Assembly: GCF_004353825.1 (NCBI RefSeq)
Contig: NZ_SMNA01000003.1
Location: 434,001-498,000 of the forward strand
From: Occultella glacieicola
GTDB taxonomy: Bacteria; Actinomycetota; Actinomycetes; Actinomycetales; Beutenbergiaceae
Direction of reading: 5' to 3'
DNA: 64,000 nt
Of the stretch, positions 1-9,141 are shown one piece after another. The notes beneath the pieces were generated by a model that saw nothing but the letters and a program-made list of their open reading frames with translations, was not told the origin of the DNA and made no database searches. The translations under genes were made by a program, and so were the position numbers. Every line of letters begins with the position of its first letter. The stretch's first letter is position 1.

Positions 1-231
1 CGCGGCCGCGCGGATCGCACAGACCTCAGCGTGCGCCGTCGGGTCGTTGTCCCGGGTGACCCGGTTGACGCCCTTCCCGAGTACCTCCTCGCCCCGGACG
101 ATCAGCGCCCCGAACGGGCCTCCGCCGTCGGCCACGTTCTTGCGGGCGAGGGCGACGGCTTCGGCCAGCCAGTGCTCCTGCCGGGGATCATCGGTCACGC
201 TCGGTGCCTCCGCGAGGTAGAAGTTGCCCAT
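1..231 (-). CDS. Guanine/nucleoside deaminase (cytidine-deaminase fold), 5' part; runs off the window edge
   Basis: Not in the ORF track. Manual translation from ATG at 231: MGNFYLAEAPSVTDDPRQEHWLAEAVALARKNVADGGGPFGALIVRGEEVLGKGVNRVTRDNDPTAHAEVCAIRAAA, with GGPFGA and NDPTAHAE zinc-deaminase motifs. Starts 3 nt after the permease stop. Confidence 0.88.
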   Translation of the reverse strand, partial: MGNFYLAEAPSVTDDPRQEHWLAEAVALARKNVADGGGPFGALIVRGEEVLGKGVNRVTRDNDPTAHAEVCAIRAAA

Positions 232-234
232 GGT

Positions 235-2157
235 TCAGCTCCCTGCCCGGTCCAGGCTACGCGTCCGCGCAGCGCTGATCGGGTTCGCATCGGCGACGAG
301 CGATTCGAACCGGTGGTTGGCGATCTTGGCGATCTCGATGATCGCCGCGGCGTGTTCCTGGGCGTCGGAGTTCGAGAGGCGTTCCCAGCCGGATGCGAGG
401 ACTCGTTCCCGGGCGCCGAGATCACGCACGCACGCGATCAGCGGGACCCCGAAGCGGTCCCGGTAGGCGGTCGTGAGCCGGGTGAACTCGTCCTGGGAGT
501 CCTCGTCGAGCCGGGTCAGGCCCACCTCGGACTGCTCCGCGGCCGAGCTCTGGCCGGCGTCCTCGCCGAGTCCACCGAGGTCCGGGTAGGCCTGCATGAG
601 CTCGCGCTGCTCCTCGGGCCGGCCGGCGAACAGGGCCTCCTGCAGCGCCATCCGTAGGGACTGGGTGTCGCGGAACGGGCGCCGGTCGTACGCGCGCTGC
701 GCCACCCAGTCCGCGCCCTGGACGAGCGGGGCGAACGTGGCGACGAAATCGGCGCGGCCCATGTCGTTGACCTGTCCGAGGCGGATCGAGTCGACCCCGG
801 GCCGGCCGGCGACGGCCGGACCACGGCCCCGGCCGAGGTGGTGGAACACCAGGTTCAACCCGATCGCGGTGATGCTGCCGAGGGTGATGCCGCTGCCGAA
901 GATGATCTCCGCCCAGGGCGGCACCGCCTGCGCGAGCGTGGGCTGGGCCGTGACCAGCATGGCCAGCCCGATGCTGGTCCCGACGATGACGATGTTGCGG
1001 TGGTCGTTGAAGTCCACCCTGGTGAGGGTCTGGATGCCCACCACCGCGACGGTCGCGAACATGGCCAGCGCGGCCCCGCCGAGCACCGGGTGCGGGATTC
1101 CGGCCACCACGGCACCCGCCTTCGGCAGCAGCCCGAGCCCGATCATGATCAGCCCGGCGGCCGCGACCACGTACCGGCTCTTCACCCGGGTCAACCGGAC
1201 CAGGCCGACGTTCTCGGCGAAGCACGTGTAGGGAAAGGAGTTCAGCACCCCACCGAGGGTCGTGGCCAGGCCGTCCGCGCGCAGGGCCCGGGCGATGTCA
1301 CCCTTCGCGATCCGCTTGTCCACGATCTCCCCGGTGGCGAACACGTCGCCGGTGGTCTCCACGGCCGTGATCAGCATGACGACGATCATCGAGATGATCG
1401 CGGCGGCACTGAACTGCGGCCACCCGAAGTAGAACGGGGTGGTCACCCCGACCCAGGCGGACTCGGCGACCCCGCCGAAGTGGGCGTCCCCGAACGCCCA
1501 GGCCACCAGGGTGCCGGCCACGAGTCCCACGAGCACGGCCACGGTCGCCATGAAGCCCTTGAAGATCCGCTGGATCGCCACGATCAGGGCGAGGGTGCCG
1601 AGCGCGTAGGCGAGGTTGCGCGGATCGGTGGGGTCACCGCCGGCGCCGCCGACCGCGTCCTGGGCCGCGACCGGCAGCAGCGCGATGCCGATGATCAGGA
1701 TCACGGTGCCGGTCACGACCGGCGGGAAGAACCGGATCAGGCGTGCGAAGAACGGAGCGATGAGGAACGTGAACAGCCCGGCCACGATGACGGCACCGTA
1801 GATCACCAGGAGGCCGTCGGTGCCGCCCCCCGCGGCGAGGCCGATCGCGATCATCGGGCTCACCGCCGTGAACGTCACCCCCTGGAGCAGCGGTAGCCGG
1901 ACGCCGATCTTCCAGAACCCGATCGACTGGATGATCGAGGCGATCCCGCAGGTGAACAGGTCCGCGTTGATGAGGTGGATCAGTTCACGCTCGTTCAGGC
2001 CGATGGCCCCGGCGAGCAGGATCGGGACGATGACGGCGCCCGCGTAGAAGGCCAGCACGTGTTGCAGTCCGTAGACGGCGAGCTTGCCCGTGGGCAGCCG
2101 CTCGTCGACCGGGTGGACGGAGCTGGCGCGGGTCGGAGTGGGTGGTGCCACAGACAT
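235..2157 (-). CDS. NCS2 (xanthine/uric acid) permease fused to a C-terminal OHCU decarboxylase-like domain
   Basis: GLQHVLAFY in TM1 and NCS2 signature FAENVGLVRLTRVKSR, with many TM helices. The last ~175 aa show a UraD-like pattern (RRPF...AYPDLG...SAAEQ..VGL...YRDRFG.PLIACVR...EIAKIA..R). ATG 2157 is preceded by GAGGT; the ORF track extends to 2205. Confidence 0.9.
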   Translation of the reverse strand: MSVAPPTPTRASSVHPVDERLPTGKLAVYGLQHVLAFYAGAVIVPILLAGAIGLNERELIHLINADLFTCGIASIIQSIGFWKIGVRLPLLQGVTFTAVSPMIAIGLAAGGGTDGLLVIYGAVIVAGLFTFLIAPFFARLIRFFPPVVTGTVILIIGIALLPVAAQDAVGGAGGDPTDPRNLAYALGTLALIVAIQRIFKGFMATVAVLVGLVAGTLVAWAFGDAHFGGVAESAWVGVTTPFYFGWPQFSAAAIISMIVVMLITAVETTGDVFATGEIVDKRIAKGDIARALRADGLATTLGGVLNSFPYTCFAENVGLVRLTRVKSRYVVAAAGLIMIGLGLLPKAGAVVAGIPHPVLGGAALAMFATVAVVGIQTLTRVDFNDHRNIVIVGTSIGLAMLVTAQPTLAQAVPPWAEIIFGSGITLGSITAIGLNLVFHHLGRGRGPAVAGRPGVDSIRLGQVNDMGRADFVATFAPLVQGADWVAQRAYDRRPFRDTQSLRMALQEALFAGRPEEQRELMQAYPDLGGLGEDAGQSSAAEQSEVGLTRLDEDSQDEFTRLTTAYRDRFGVPLIACVRDLGARERVLASGWERLSNSDAQEHAAAIIEIAKIANHRFESLVADANPISAARTRSLDRAGS

Positions 2158-2320
2158 GGGGACCTCGGGGAGTCGGGTCGATTCGTCGTTGAATGCGAGA
2201 ACCAACGGATTTCGAATCCTGGAATGTAGTTTCCGCGTTGTAACGCAGGTCCCTACGTTCCTCCGTCGACACCGGTCGTGCCAGACACCGATCCGCCAAC
2301 GTTCACCGGGCGACGCACGC

Positions 2321-2345
2321 CCGCCTTGGAGGATCCTCCAAGCGG
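2321..2345. terminator. Inverted repeat directly after the stop of the 2346-2852 gene
   Basis: Perfect 18-bp palindrome cttggagga/tcctccaag (2325-2342) with ccgc/gcgg flanks. Confidence 0.5.
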
Positions 2346-2852
2346 CTACTGGGAGTCGACGCTCAACAGCGCCGTCCAGGGCAGCACCAGTGCGGCGGTC
2401 CCGGTGGCGAGGTCGAGATGATCGGCGCCGACGCGCACGATCCGGCCCCGGTGCATCCCGCCGAGGGTGTGCACCACCACCGGCACGCCGTCCGCCGCGA
2501 GCGCGCGCAGCACGTGCCCGAGGCGCAGCCCCTGTTCGACCCGGCCCGGCGCCGGTGCCACGCCGGCCAGCGGCCAGGCGGCGACGACCGCGTCCAGCCG
2601 GACGAGTGAACGCCGCTCCCCCTCGGCCAGCACGAACCAGGTCGGCGCGGCGTCGGTCACCACGCCGCGGCGGTCGCTGCCGTCGAGCAGACGTACGGTG
2701 ACCGAACGTCCGGTCGCGGCCCGCATCCGGTCCCCGAACGTGGTGGTCGCCGCCTCGGCTTCGACGAGGTCGGCGACCACCTCGCCCTGCTCGGCCCGCT
2801 GATGCGCCAGGAACTGGGCCTGCAGGTCGGCAAAGAGGTCGTCCCAGCTCAT
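2346..2852 (-). CDS. Actinobacterial hypothetical protein with two Sm/Hfq-like repeats
   Basis: MSWDDLFADLQAQF N-terminus; two internal V-x-V-x-L-x2-G-x3/4-G-x-V/I segments. Confidence 0.75.
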   Translation of the reverse strand: MSWDDLFADLQAQFLAHQRAEQGEVVADLVEAEAATTTFGDRMRAATGRSVTVRLLDGSDRRGVVTDAAPTWFVLAEGERRSLVRLDAVVAAWPLAGVAPAPGRVEQGLRLGHVLRALAADGVPVVVHTLGGMHRGRIVRVGADHLDLATGTAALVLPWTALLSVDSQ

Positions 2853-2880
2853 GGAGCCAACAGTAGGCAGGCGACCCGAG

Positions 2881-2911
2881 TTGTCCACACGCTCGGCCTC
2901 CCTCTGGACAA
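2881..2911. promoter_or_regulatory. Pair of inverted DnaA-box-like sites
   Basis: TTGTCCACA at 2881-2889 (actinobacterial consensus) and TTGTCCAGA on the minus strand at 2903-2911 (1 mismatch), in a divergent intergenic region. Confidence 0.4.
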
Positions 2912-2971
2912 GCAACCGGTCATGGGGCTACACCTAACGTCATTGAAAGTCACGTACCGACACGAACTGAT

Positions 2972-3985
2972 ATGAAACGCGGTGGTCTCATGCGACGGGT
3001 TCTGCTCACCCTCGGTGTCGCCGGGACCACCGGCGGGGTCGCGGCCTGGCTCGCGACGGCGGCCCTCCCCGCGGCCGCGACCCCGAGGTCGGTCGACCAG
3101 GCGATCGCGCTCGGACTCGGCTGGTGCGCCCTGGGCGTCCTCGCCTGGTACTGCGTCAGCGCGTTGCTGGGCCTCGCCTGCCTGGCGGCACGCGCACTCG
3201 GGCGCGGCCGCGGCTGGCGCTCGGGTGAGCGGGCGCTAGGAGCGGGCGGGGCCCCGTTCATGGCGCGGATGGCGTCCGTGGGCGTGGGTGCGGCACTGGC
3301 CGCCGGGGCGCTCGTGGTGCCCGCGCAGGCGGTCCCGGAGCCCGACGGCGCCGCGATCGTGAGCGTCGACGTCACCTGGGGCGCCGGTTCCGACCCGGAC
3401 GACGGCGCGACGGACCCCGGCGAGGGCACGGTCGGCCCCGACCTCACCTGGGGCGCGAACGTCGATGCGAACCCGACCACCGAGCCCGCCCCGGCGCCGG
3501 TGCCTGCCCCCACGGGCGACCCCACCCCGACGCCGAGCAGCGCGTCGAGCCACGCCACCGAGACAGGTCCCGCCGCCGAGCCAGGTCCCGCCACCGAGCC
3601 GGGCTCCGCCACCGAGCCAGGTCCAGTCACCGAGCCGAACCCTCCCGCTGAACCAGCCCCGACCACCGAGCCCGACCCTGCCGCCGACGACGCCCCTGCC
3701 GCCGAGCCGATGCAGAGCCCCGACCCCGTCCCTGCCTCCCGGCAGCCTGCCGAGCCGCCAGGAGGGGATCCGGCCGAGCACCCGGACGCCGCACACGTGG
3801 TGGCTCCGGGCGAGTCGCTCTGGTCGATCGCGGCCGACGCGCTCGCCGGTGACCGACCGGACGTCACCGACGCGGACATCGCCGCCGCCTGGCCGCGCTG
3901 GTACTCCGCGAACGCCGAAACCATCGGCCCGGAGCCCGATCTCATCCACCCCGGGCAGGAACTGGTCCCGCCCGCCAACCCCTGA
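2972..3985 (+). CDS. Membrane-anchored LysM-domain protein with Pro/Thr/Glu-rich linker
   Basis: N-terminal hydrophobic segments, low-complexity linker, C-terminal LysM (HVVAPGESLWSIA...N...IGPEPDLIHPGQEL). Confidence 0.88.
   Translation: MKRGGLMRRVLLTLGVAGTTGGVAAWLATAALPAAATPRSVDQAIALGLGWCALGVLAWYCVSALLGLACLAARALGRGRGWRSGERALGAGGAPFMARMASVGVGAALAAGALVVPAQAVPEPDGAAIVSVDVTWGAGSDPDDGATDPGEGTVGPDLTWGANVDANPTTEPAPAPVPAPTGDPTPTPSSASSHATETGPAAEPGPATEPGSATEPGPVTEPNPPAEPAPTTEPDPAADDAPAAEPMQSPDPVPASRQPAEPPGGDPAEHPDAAHVVAPGESLWSIAADALAGDRPDVTDADIAAAWPRWYSANAETIGPEPDLIHPGQELVPPANP
3554..3679 (+). repeat. About 7 degenerate 18-bp tandem repeats (ATEPGP-like hexapeptide) in the LysM gene
   Basis: gccaccgagacaggtccc / gccgccgagccaggtccc / gccaccgagccgggctcc / gccaccgagccaggtcca etc. 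Confidence 0.8.
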
Positions 3986-3995
3986 GGAGTCCACG

Positions 3996-4544
3996 ATGAG
4001 TGTCCAACCGCTCGCCCGGCCGCACCCGGCACCGGAGCCGGCTTGCCTGCCCGGCCGGGTGCCGAGGCTCCTGGTCCAGCCCGGCTCGCCCGGGGCCCGG
4101 ACCTGGGACCGGGTCCGGTTCACCGGCCCGCCCGCGTCGGCCGAGACCGCCGCGGATCAGGAGTCGTCCGACACCTGTCCGCGCCTGGTCTGGTCCCGGG
4201 GCGAGGTCCCCGAACTCCCGGACGCGGCCACCTGGAGCGGCACCCTGGTCCGGGCCTGTGTCGAGGCCCTCCTCGGGACCCGTCCGGCGGCCCAGCTCGC
4301 CCGTTGGTTGGACGCCGACCTCTGGACGGCGTTGAACCGCCGGGTCTGCCTCGGCATGGAGATCGCCGGGCGCCCCACTCGCCCACCGATGGTGACGATC
4401 CGACGGGTGCACTCGTGCGAGGTCGCCGAGGGCAGCTGGGAGTCGTCGGTCGTGATCCATGACGGCACCCGCGTCCGGGCGGCCGCGATCCGGCTCGAGA
4501 CCCGACGCGCCCGGTGGCGTGCCACTGCACTGGAGATCGGCTGA
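3996..4544 (+). CDS. Rv3235-family protein
   Basis: GAGGAG RBS before ATG 3996; EALLGTRPAAQLARWL and RVRAAAIRLE...WRATALEIG motifs; usual position convergent with secA. Confidence 0.85.
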   Translation: MSVQPLARPHPAPEPACLPGRVPRLLVQPGSPGARTWDRVRFTGPPASAETAADQESSDTCPRLVWSRGEVPELPDAATWSGTLVRACVEALLGTRPAAQLARWLDADLWTALNRRVCLGMEIAGRPTRPPMVTIRRVHSCEVAEGSWESSVVIHDGTRVRAAAIRLETRRARWRATALEIG

Positions 4545-4605
4545 ACTCCGCAGTTCGGCCGGTCCCCTCGCGTGACGTTCGGCCCGCGGTGCGTCCCGGT
4601 CGACC

Positions 4606-7575
4606 TCAGCGGCGCTTCTTGGCCTGCTTCGCGGCCCGTCGCCGCTGTTCCCGGTTCGCGCCACCACCGCCGGCGCCGTTCGCGTTCGCGCCGCCGGTGC
4701 CGGCGGCCTGCTGCGCCGGGGTCACGCCGGCCTGAGCCGCCCGCACGGTCGACCCCATCGAGCCGTCCTCGGTCGGCGCGGAGTAGCGCAGGTTGGTGGC
4801 GCGCTGGGGCGCTCCCAGGCCGAGCGGGTCGTCCGGGTCCGCCTCGGGGGCGGAAGCCTTCGCGGCCGGCTTGGCCGGGATCGCCTTACGCCCGGCCCGC
4901 TTGCCCGAGGTGCGGGGGCCGCTCGCAGCCGGCTGCGCGGCCGGTTCGGCGGCGCCCGCCGTGTCGCCGGCCGCGCCCCCGTTGCCGGATGCTCCTGCTC
5001 CGGCCGGGGCCGCGTCGAGCCCGGGTGTCTCCGAGCCCTCCACCACGGCGACACCGTCGGCCTCGGCGGGCTGCTCGGGCCTGCGCACCTCCACATTGAA
5101 CAGGAAGCCGACGGCTTCCTCCTTGATGGACTCGTTCATGGCCTGGAACAACTGGAACCCCTCGCGCTGGTACTCCACCAGCGGGTCGCGCTGGGCCATC
5201 GCGCGCAGCCCGATGCCCTCCTTGAGGTAGTCCATCTCGTAGAGGTGCTCACGCCACTTGCGGTCCAGCACGGACAGCACCACGCGGCGCTCCAGTTGGC
5301 GCATGAGGTCCGGGGTGATCTCGCTCTCCCGGTTCTCGTACGCGAGCTTGGCGTCCGATGTGAGTTCGGACACGAGCTGCTCGGTGGTCACCCGGGTCTC
5401 GTGACCGGCGTCCTCCACGACGTCCTCGACCGTGATCGAGACCGGGTAGACGGTCTTCAGGTCGGTCCACAACTGGTCGAGATCCCACTCCTCCGGCGGC
5501 CCGGCCGCGGTGGCCTCCGTGACCACCCCGGAGATCACGTCCTCGAGGAACGTCTGCACCTGGGCCTGGAGGTCCTCGCCCTCGAGCACCCGGCGCCGCT
5601 CGTCGTAGACGACGGTGCGCTGCCGGGACAGCACGTCGTCGTACTTCAGGACGTTCTTGCGGATCTCGAAGTTGCGTGCCTCGACCTGACCCTGCGCGCT
5701 GGCGATGCCGCGGGTGACCATCTTGGACTCGATGGGCAGGTCGTCGGGGAAGCCCGAGGAGTTCATGAACCGCTCGGCGAGGGCGGCGTTGAAGAGTCGC
5801 ATCAGGTCGTCGCCGAGGGAGAGGTAGAACCGGGACTCGCCGGGGTCGCCCTGACGTCCCGCCCGCCCACGCAGCTGGTTGTCGATCCGGCGGGACTCGT
5901 GCCGCTCCGTGCCCAGCACGTACAGCCCTCCGAGCTCGGTGACCTCGTCGTGCTCGGCGGCGACGAACTCCTGGGCGTCCTTGAGGGCCTCGGGCCACGC
6001 CTCCTCGTACTCGTCCGGGGTCTCGTGCGGGTCGAGTCCGCGGTCCTTGAGGTTCTTGATCGCGAGGTGCTCGGCGTTGCCGCCGAGCATGATGTCGGTA
6101 CCGCGGCCGGCCATGTTCGTGGCGACGGTGACGGCGCCCTTGCGCCCGGCCATCGCGACGATCTCCGCCTCACGCGCGTGCTGCTTGGCGTTCAGCACGT
6201 CGTGGGGCACCCCCTGCTTCTTCAGCATCTTGGAGAGCAGCTCGGACTTCTCGACGCTGGTGGTGCCGACCAACACGGGCTGTCCGGAGGCGTGCCGCTC
6301 GACGATGTCGGAGACCACGGCCTCGAACTTCGCCGTCTCGTTCTTGTACACGTAGTCGGACTGGTCGAGCCGCGCCAGTGGCCGGTTCGGCGGGATCGGC
6401 ACCACGCCGATCTTGTAGGTGTTCTGGAACTCCGCGGCCTCGGTCATCGCGGTACCGGTCATCCCGGCGAGCTTGTCGTACAGACGGAAGTAGTTCTGCA
6501 GGGTGATCGTGGCCAGGGTCTGGTTCTCGGCCTTGATGGCTACCCCCTCCTTGGCCTCGATCGCCTGGTGCATGCCCTCGTTGTACCGGCGCCCGGGCAG
6601 GATGCGCCCGGTGTGCTGGTCGACGATGAGTACCTCACCCTTGAGGACCACGTAGTCCTTGTCCCGGGTGAACAGTTCCTTGGCCTTGATCGCGTTGTTC
6701 AGGAATCCGATCAGCGGCGTGTTCAGGGACTCGTAGAGGTTGTCGATGCCGAGGTAGTCCTCGACCTTCTCGATGCCGGGTTCGAGCACGCCGACGTTCT
6801 TCTTCTTCTCGTCGACCTCGTAGTCGTTCTCGCGGCGCAGCCGCTTGGCGACCCGGGCGAACTCGGCGTACCACTTGTTCACGTCGCCGGAGGCCGGTCC
6901 GGAGATGATCAGCGGGGTTCGGGCCTCGTCGATCAGGATCGAGTCCACCTCGTCCACGATGGCCATGTTGTGGCCCCGCTGGACGAGTTCGGCCGAGGAC
7001 CAGGCCATGTTGTCGCGCAGGTAGTCGAACCCGAACTCGTTGTTCGTGCCGTAGGTGATGTCCGCGGCGTACATCTCCCGGCGCTCGTCCGGCTTCTGCC
7101 CGGACAGGATCACACCGGTGGTCAGTCCGAGGAACCGGAACACCCGGCCCATCAGGTCGCTCTGGTAGCTGGCCAGGTAGTCGTTCACCGTGACCACGTG
7201 CACGCCCTTGCCGGACAGCGCGTTCAGGTACGCGGGCAGGGTCGCGACCAGGGTCTTGCCCTCACCGGTCTTCATCTCGGCGATGTTGCCGTGGTGCAGC
7301 GCCGCGCCGCCCATGATCTGGACGTCGAAGTGCCGCTGACCGAGGGTGCGCTTGGCCGCCTCGCGGACCACCGCGAACGCCTCCGGGAGCAGATCCTCCA
7401 GGGACTCCCCGTCGGCGACCCGCTTCTTGAACGCGTCGGTCTCCTCCCGCAACTCCGCGTCCGTGAGGTCGCTCATGGAGTCCTCGAGTGCGTTGACCTG
7501 ATCCTTCTCCGCGTTGAGCTGCTTGAGGATCTTGCCCTCGCCCATGCGCAGGATCTTGTCGAGGATCGAAGGCAC
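4606..7575 (-). CDS. secA: Preprotein translocase ATPase SecA
   Basis: [69 protein letters not shown] 7575 follows GGGAG (alternative start 7581). Confidence 0.98.
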   Translation of the reverse strand: MPSILDKILRMGEGKILKQLNAEKDQVNALEDSMSDLTDAELREETDAFKKRVADGESLEDLLPEAFAVVREAAKRTLGQRHFDVQIMGGAALHHGNIAEMKTGEGKTLVATLPAYLNALSGKGVHVVTVNDYLASYQSDLMGRVFRFLGLTTGVILSGQKPDERREMYAADITYGTNNEFGFDYLRDNMAWSSAELVQRGHNMAIVDEVDSILIDEARTPLIISGPASGDVNKWYAEFARVAKRLRRENDYEVDEKKKNVGVLEPGIEKVEDYLGIDNLYESLNTPLIGFLNNAIKAKELFTRDKDYVVLKGEVLIVDQHTGRILPGRRYNEGMHQAIEAKEGVAIKAENQTLATITLQNYFRLYDKLAGMTGTAMTEAAEFQNTYKIGVVPIPPNRPLARLDQSDYVYKNETAKFEAVVSDIVERHASGQPVLVGTTSVEKSELLSKMLKKQGVPHDVLNAKQHAREAEIVAMAGRKGAVTVATNMAGRGTDIMLGGNAEHLAIKNLKDRGLDPHETPDEYEEAWPEALKDAQEFVAAEHDEVTELGGLYVLGTERHESRRIDNQLRGRAGRQGDPGESRFYLSLGDDLMRLFNAALAERFMNSSGFPDDLPIESKMVTRGIASAQGQVEARNFEIRKNVLKYDDVLSRQRTVVYDERRRVLEGEDLQAQVQTFLEDVISGVVTEATAAGPPEEWDLDQLWTDLKTVYPVSITVEDVVEDAGHETRVTTEQLVSELTSDAKLAYENRESEITPDLMRQLERRVVLSVLDRKWREHLYEMDYLKEGIGLRAMAQRDPLVEYQREGFQLFQAMNESIKEEAVGFLFNVEVRRPEQPAEADGVAVVEGSETPGLDAAPAGAGASGNGGAAGDTAGAAEPAAQPAASGPRTSGKRAGRKAIPAKPAAKASAPEADPDDPLGLGAPQRATNLRYSAPTEDGSMGSTVRAAQAGVTPAQQAAGTGGANANGAGGGGANREQRRRAAKQAKKRR

Positions 7576-7684
7576 TGACACTCCCGGTGGATCGGATCAT
7601 CCGGCGTCGTTCGACACCGGTGCACCGTCCATCGTATGCGAGAGCGTCTACGGCGGTACCGCCGGGAGCGGGCTGGGTTCGCTC

Positions 7685-8923
7685 TCAGCGCACCCGCGGC
7701 AGGGCCCGGGCCACGTCGCCGACCAGGTCACCGGCCGCGTCGGCGTCCACGGTGACGTCCGGCAGGTCCAGCCAGTCCGCCATCACGCGCAGTTCCTGCG
7801 CGAGCTCAGGCCCGACGGCGGTGGGCGCCTCCGGCTGGGCGAAGGCGCTGCGTAGCCGCAGCACTCCGGCGGCCCGGTCGGCCTTGAGGTCGACGCGCGC
7901 CACGAGCTCGTCGCCGAGCAGGAACGGCAGCACGTAGTAACCGAACTGGCGCTGGGCCGCCGGGGTGTAGATCTCGATCCGGTAGTGCATGCCGAACAGC
8001 TCCAGGGTGCGCTCCCGTTCGAACACGAGCGGGTCGAACGGGGCGAGCAGGGCCCGGGCGTTCGTGGCTCGCGGCCGGCGGGCCTCTGGGTGCAGGTAGG
8101 CGGGCCGGCGCCATCCCGCCACCGCCACTTCCTCGAGTTCACCCGCCGCCACGAGGTCGGTGACCGCGGCCGATGCCTGCGCGATCGACAGCCGGAAGTA
8201 GTCCGCGAGCGCGCGGACGGTCGCCACCCCGTGGGCTCGGGCCGAGATGTCCACGAGTGCCCGGATCGCCTCCTCCGGCGGCAGCACGTCCTCGGCCAGG
8301 ACCTGCGCCGGCAGCACCCGCTCGGTGAGGTCGTAGGCCCGTTCGAAGGCTGAGTTCCGGTAGGCGGAGGCGACCTTCCCGACGGCGAGCATCGCCTCGA
8401 GGGCGTGCTTGGCGGCGGTCCAGTTCCAGCCCCAGTCCACCTTCTCCGGGCGCTCGTGGCCGAGCAGGTCATGCACCTGCGCGGCGGTGACGGGTCCGTG
8501 TTCGGCGACGATGTCCAGCACCGCGGCCACCGTCGCCGGGTCCTTCGACGCGACGCCGTCGTACCAGCGCAGGGCCCGCGGCCCCTCCATCCGCCAGCGG
8601 AGCAACTGGAACGTGCGCGGCGGCACGTAGGCGGCCTCATGGGCGCGGTACTCGACGAGCCGGCGCGGCCGGGCCGGCGTCCCGGTGGTGGCCCGGTGCA
8701 GCAGGCCGACGTCGTAGGGGCCGAGCCGGGCCACCACCGGCAGCAGGTGGGCCCGGGCCAGCACGTTCACGGAGTCGATCTGCAGCAGCCCGACGCGGTC
8801 GATCATCCGCTGCAGGTGCGCCATCGTGACGGCCGGCGGACGGGCCTGGGCGGGCGCCCCGGCGAGCCCCTGCGCGGAGACTGCGATCCGACGGGCCTGG
8901 GCGAGCGTGAGCGTGCGCGGCAT
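7685..8923 (-). CDS. YcaQ/AlkZ-like (HTH_42) crosslink-repair DNA glycosylase
   Basis: LLQIDSVNVLARAH (QxD motif), LLAPFDPLVFERER, YRIEIYTP..QRQFGYYVLPFL. TAGGGT lies 7 nt before the ATG (leaderless). Confidence 0.88.
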   Translation of the reverse strand: MPRTLTLAQARRIAVSAQGLAGAPAQARPPAVTMAHLQRMIDRVGLLQIDSVNVLARAHLLPVVARLGPYDVGLLHRATTGTPARPRRLVEYRAHEAAYVPPRTFQLLRWRMEGPRALRWYDGVASKDPATVAAVLDIVAEHGPVTAAQVHDLLGHERPEKVDWGWNWTAAKHALEAMLAVGKVASAYRNSAFERAYDLTERVLPAQVLAEDVLPPEEAIRALVDISARAHGVATVRALADYFRLSIAQASAAVTDLVAAGELEEVAVAGWRRPAYLHPEARRPRATNARALLAPFDPLVFERERTLELFGMHYRIEIYTPAAQRQFGYYVLPFLLGDELVARVDLKADRAAGVLRLRSAFAQPEAPTAVGPELAQELRVMADWLDLPDVTVDADAAGDLVGDVARALPRVR

Positions 8924-9013
8924 GGGTCAGACCCTAGAGCCCAGCACCGACACTCCGGATCCGAGGTCCCCGGGCGGTCTCGCCGGCCCGCCCGAGCCCG
9001 GCCACCGCCAGGC

Positions 9014-9068
9014 GCGCTGCCTCGCCGACGGACGCACTGCCTCACCGCAAGATGTGCTGCCTCACCGC
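9014..9068. repeat. Three direct repeats CTGCCTC(A/G)CCG with exact 20-bp period
   Basis: Cores start at 9017, 9037 and 9057. Confidence 0.7.
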
Positions 9069-9088
9069 GCCGTGGATGGCGACGCACG

Positions 9089-9123
9089 CGCGGCGGGCCC
9101 GAGGGGTCCTCGGGCCCGCCGCG
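9089..9123 (-). terminator. GC-rich hairpin downstream of hpf
   Basis: Perfect 16-bp stem cgcggcgggcccgagg / cctcgggcccgccgcg, 18 nt past the hpf stop. Confidence 0.75.
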
Positions 9124-9141
9124 GTCGGGAGTGGGCGCCGG

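Noticed and set aside
2939..2953. GTCAT-N5-GTCAC as an MtrA box upstream of the LysM gene
   Set aside because: Short, degenerate and with a 10-bp period; indistinguishable from chance without ChIP data.
5245..7578. Long antisense and alternate-frame ORFs (e.g. 777 aa opposite secA, 551 aa opposite ahcY, 557 aa opposite mtrB)
   Set aside because: Shadow ORFs expected in high-GC DNA; no family motifs, and they fully overlap confident genes.
8636..8656. EYRAHEA instead of the EYWAHEA I recall in YcaQ-like proteins
   Set aside because: A single substitution outside the QxD catalytic motif; not enough to call loss of function.
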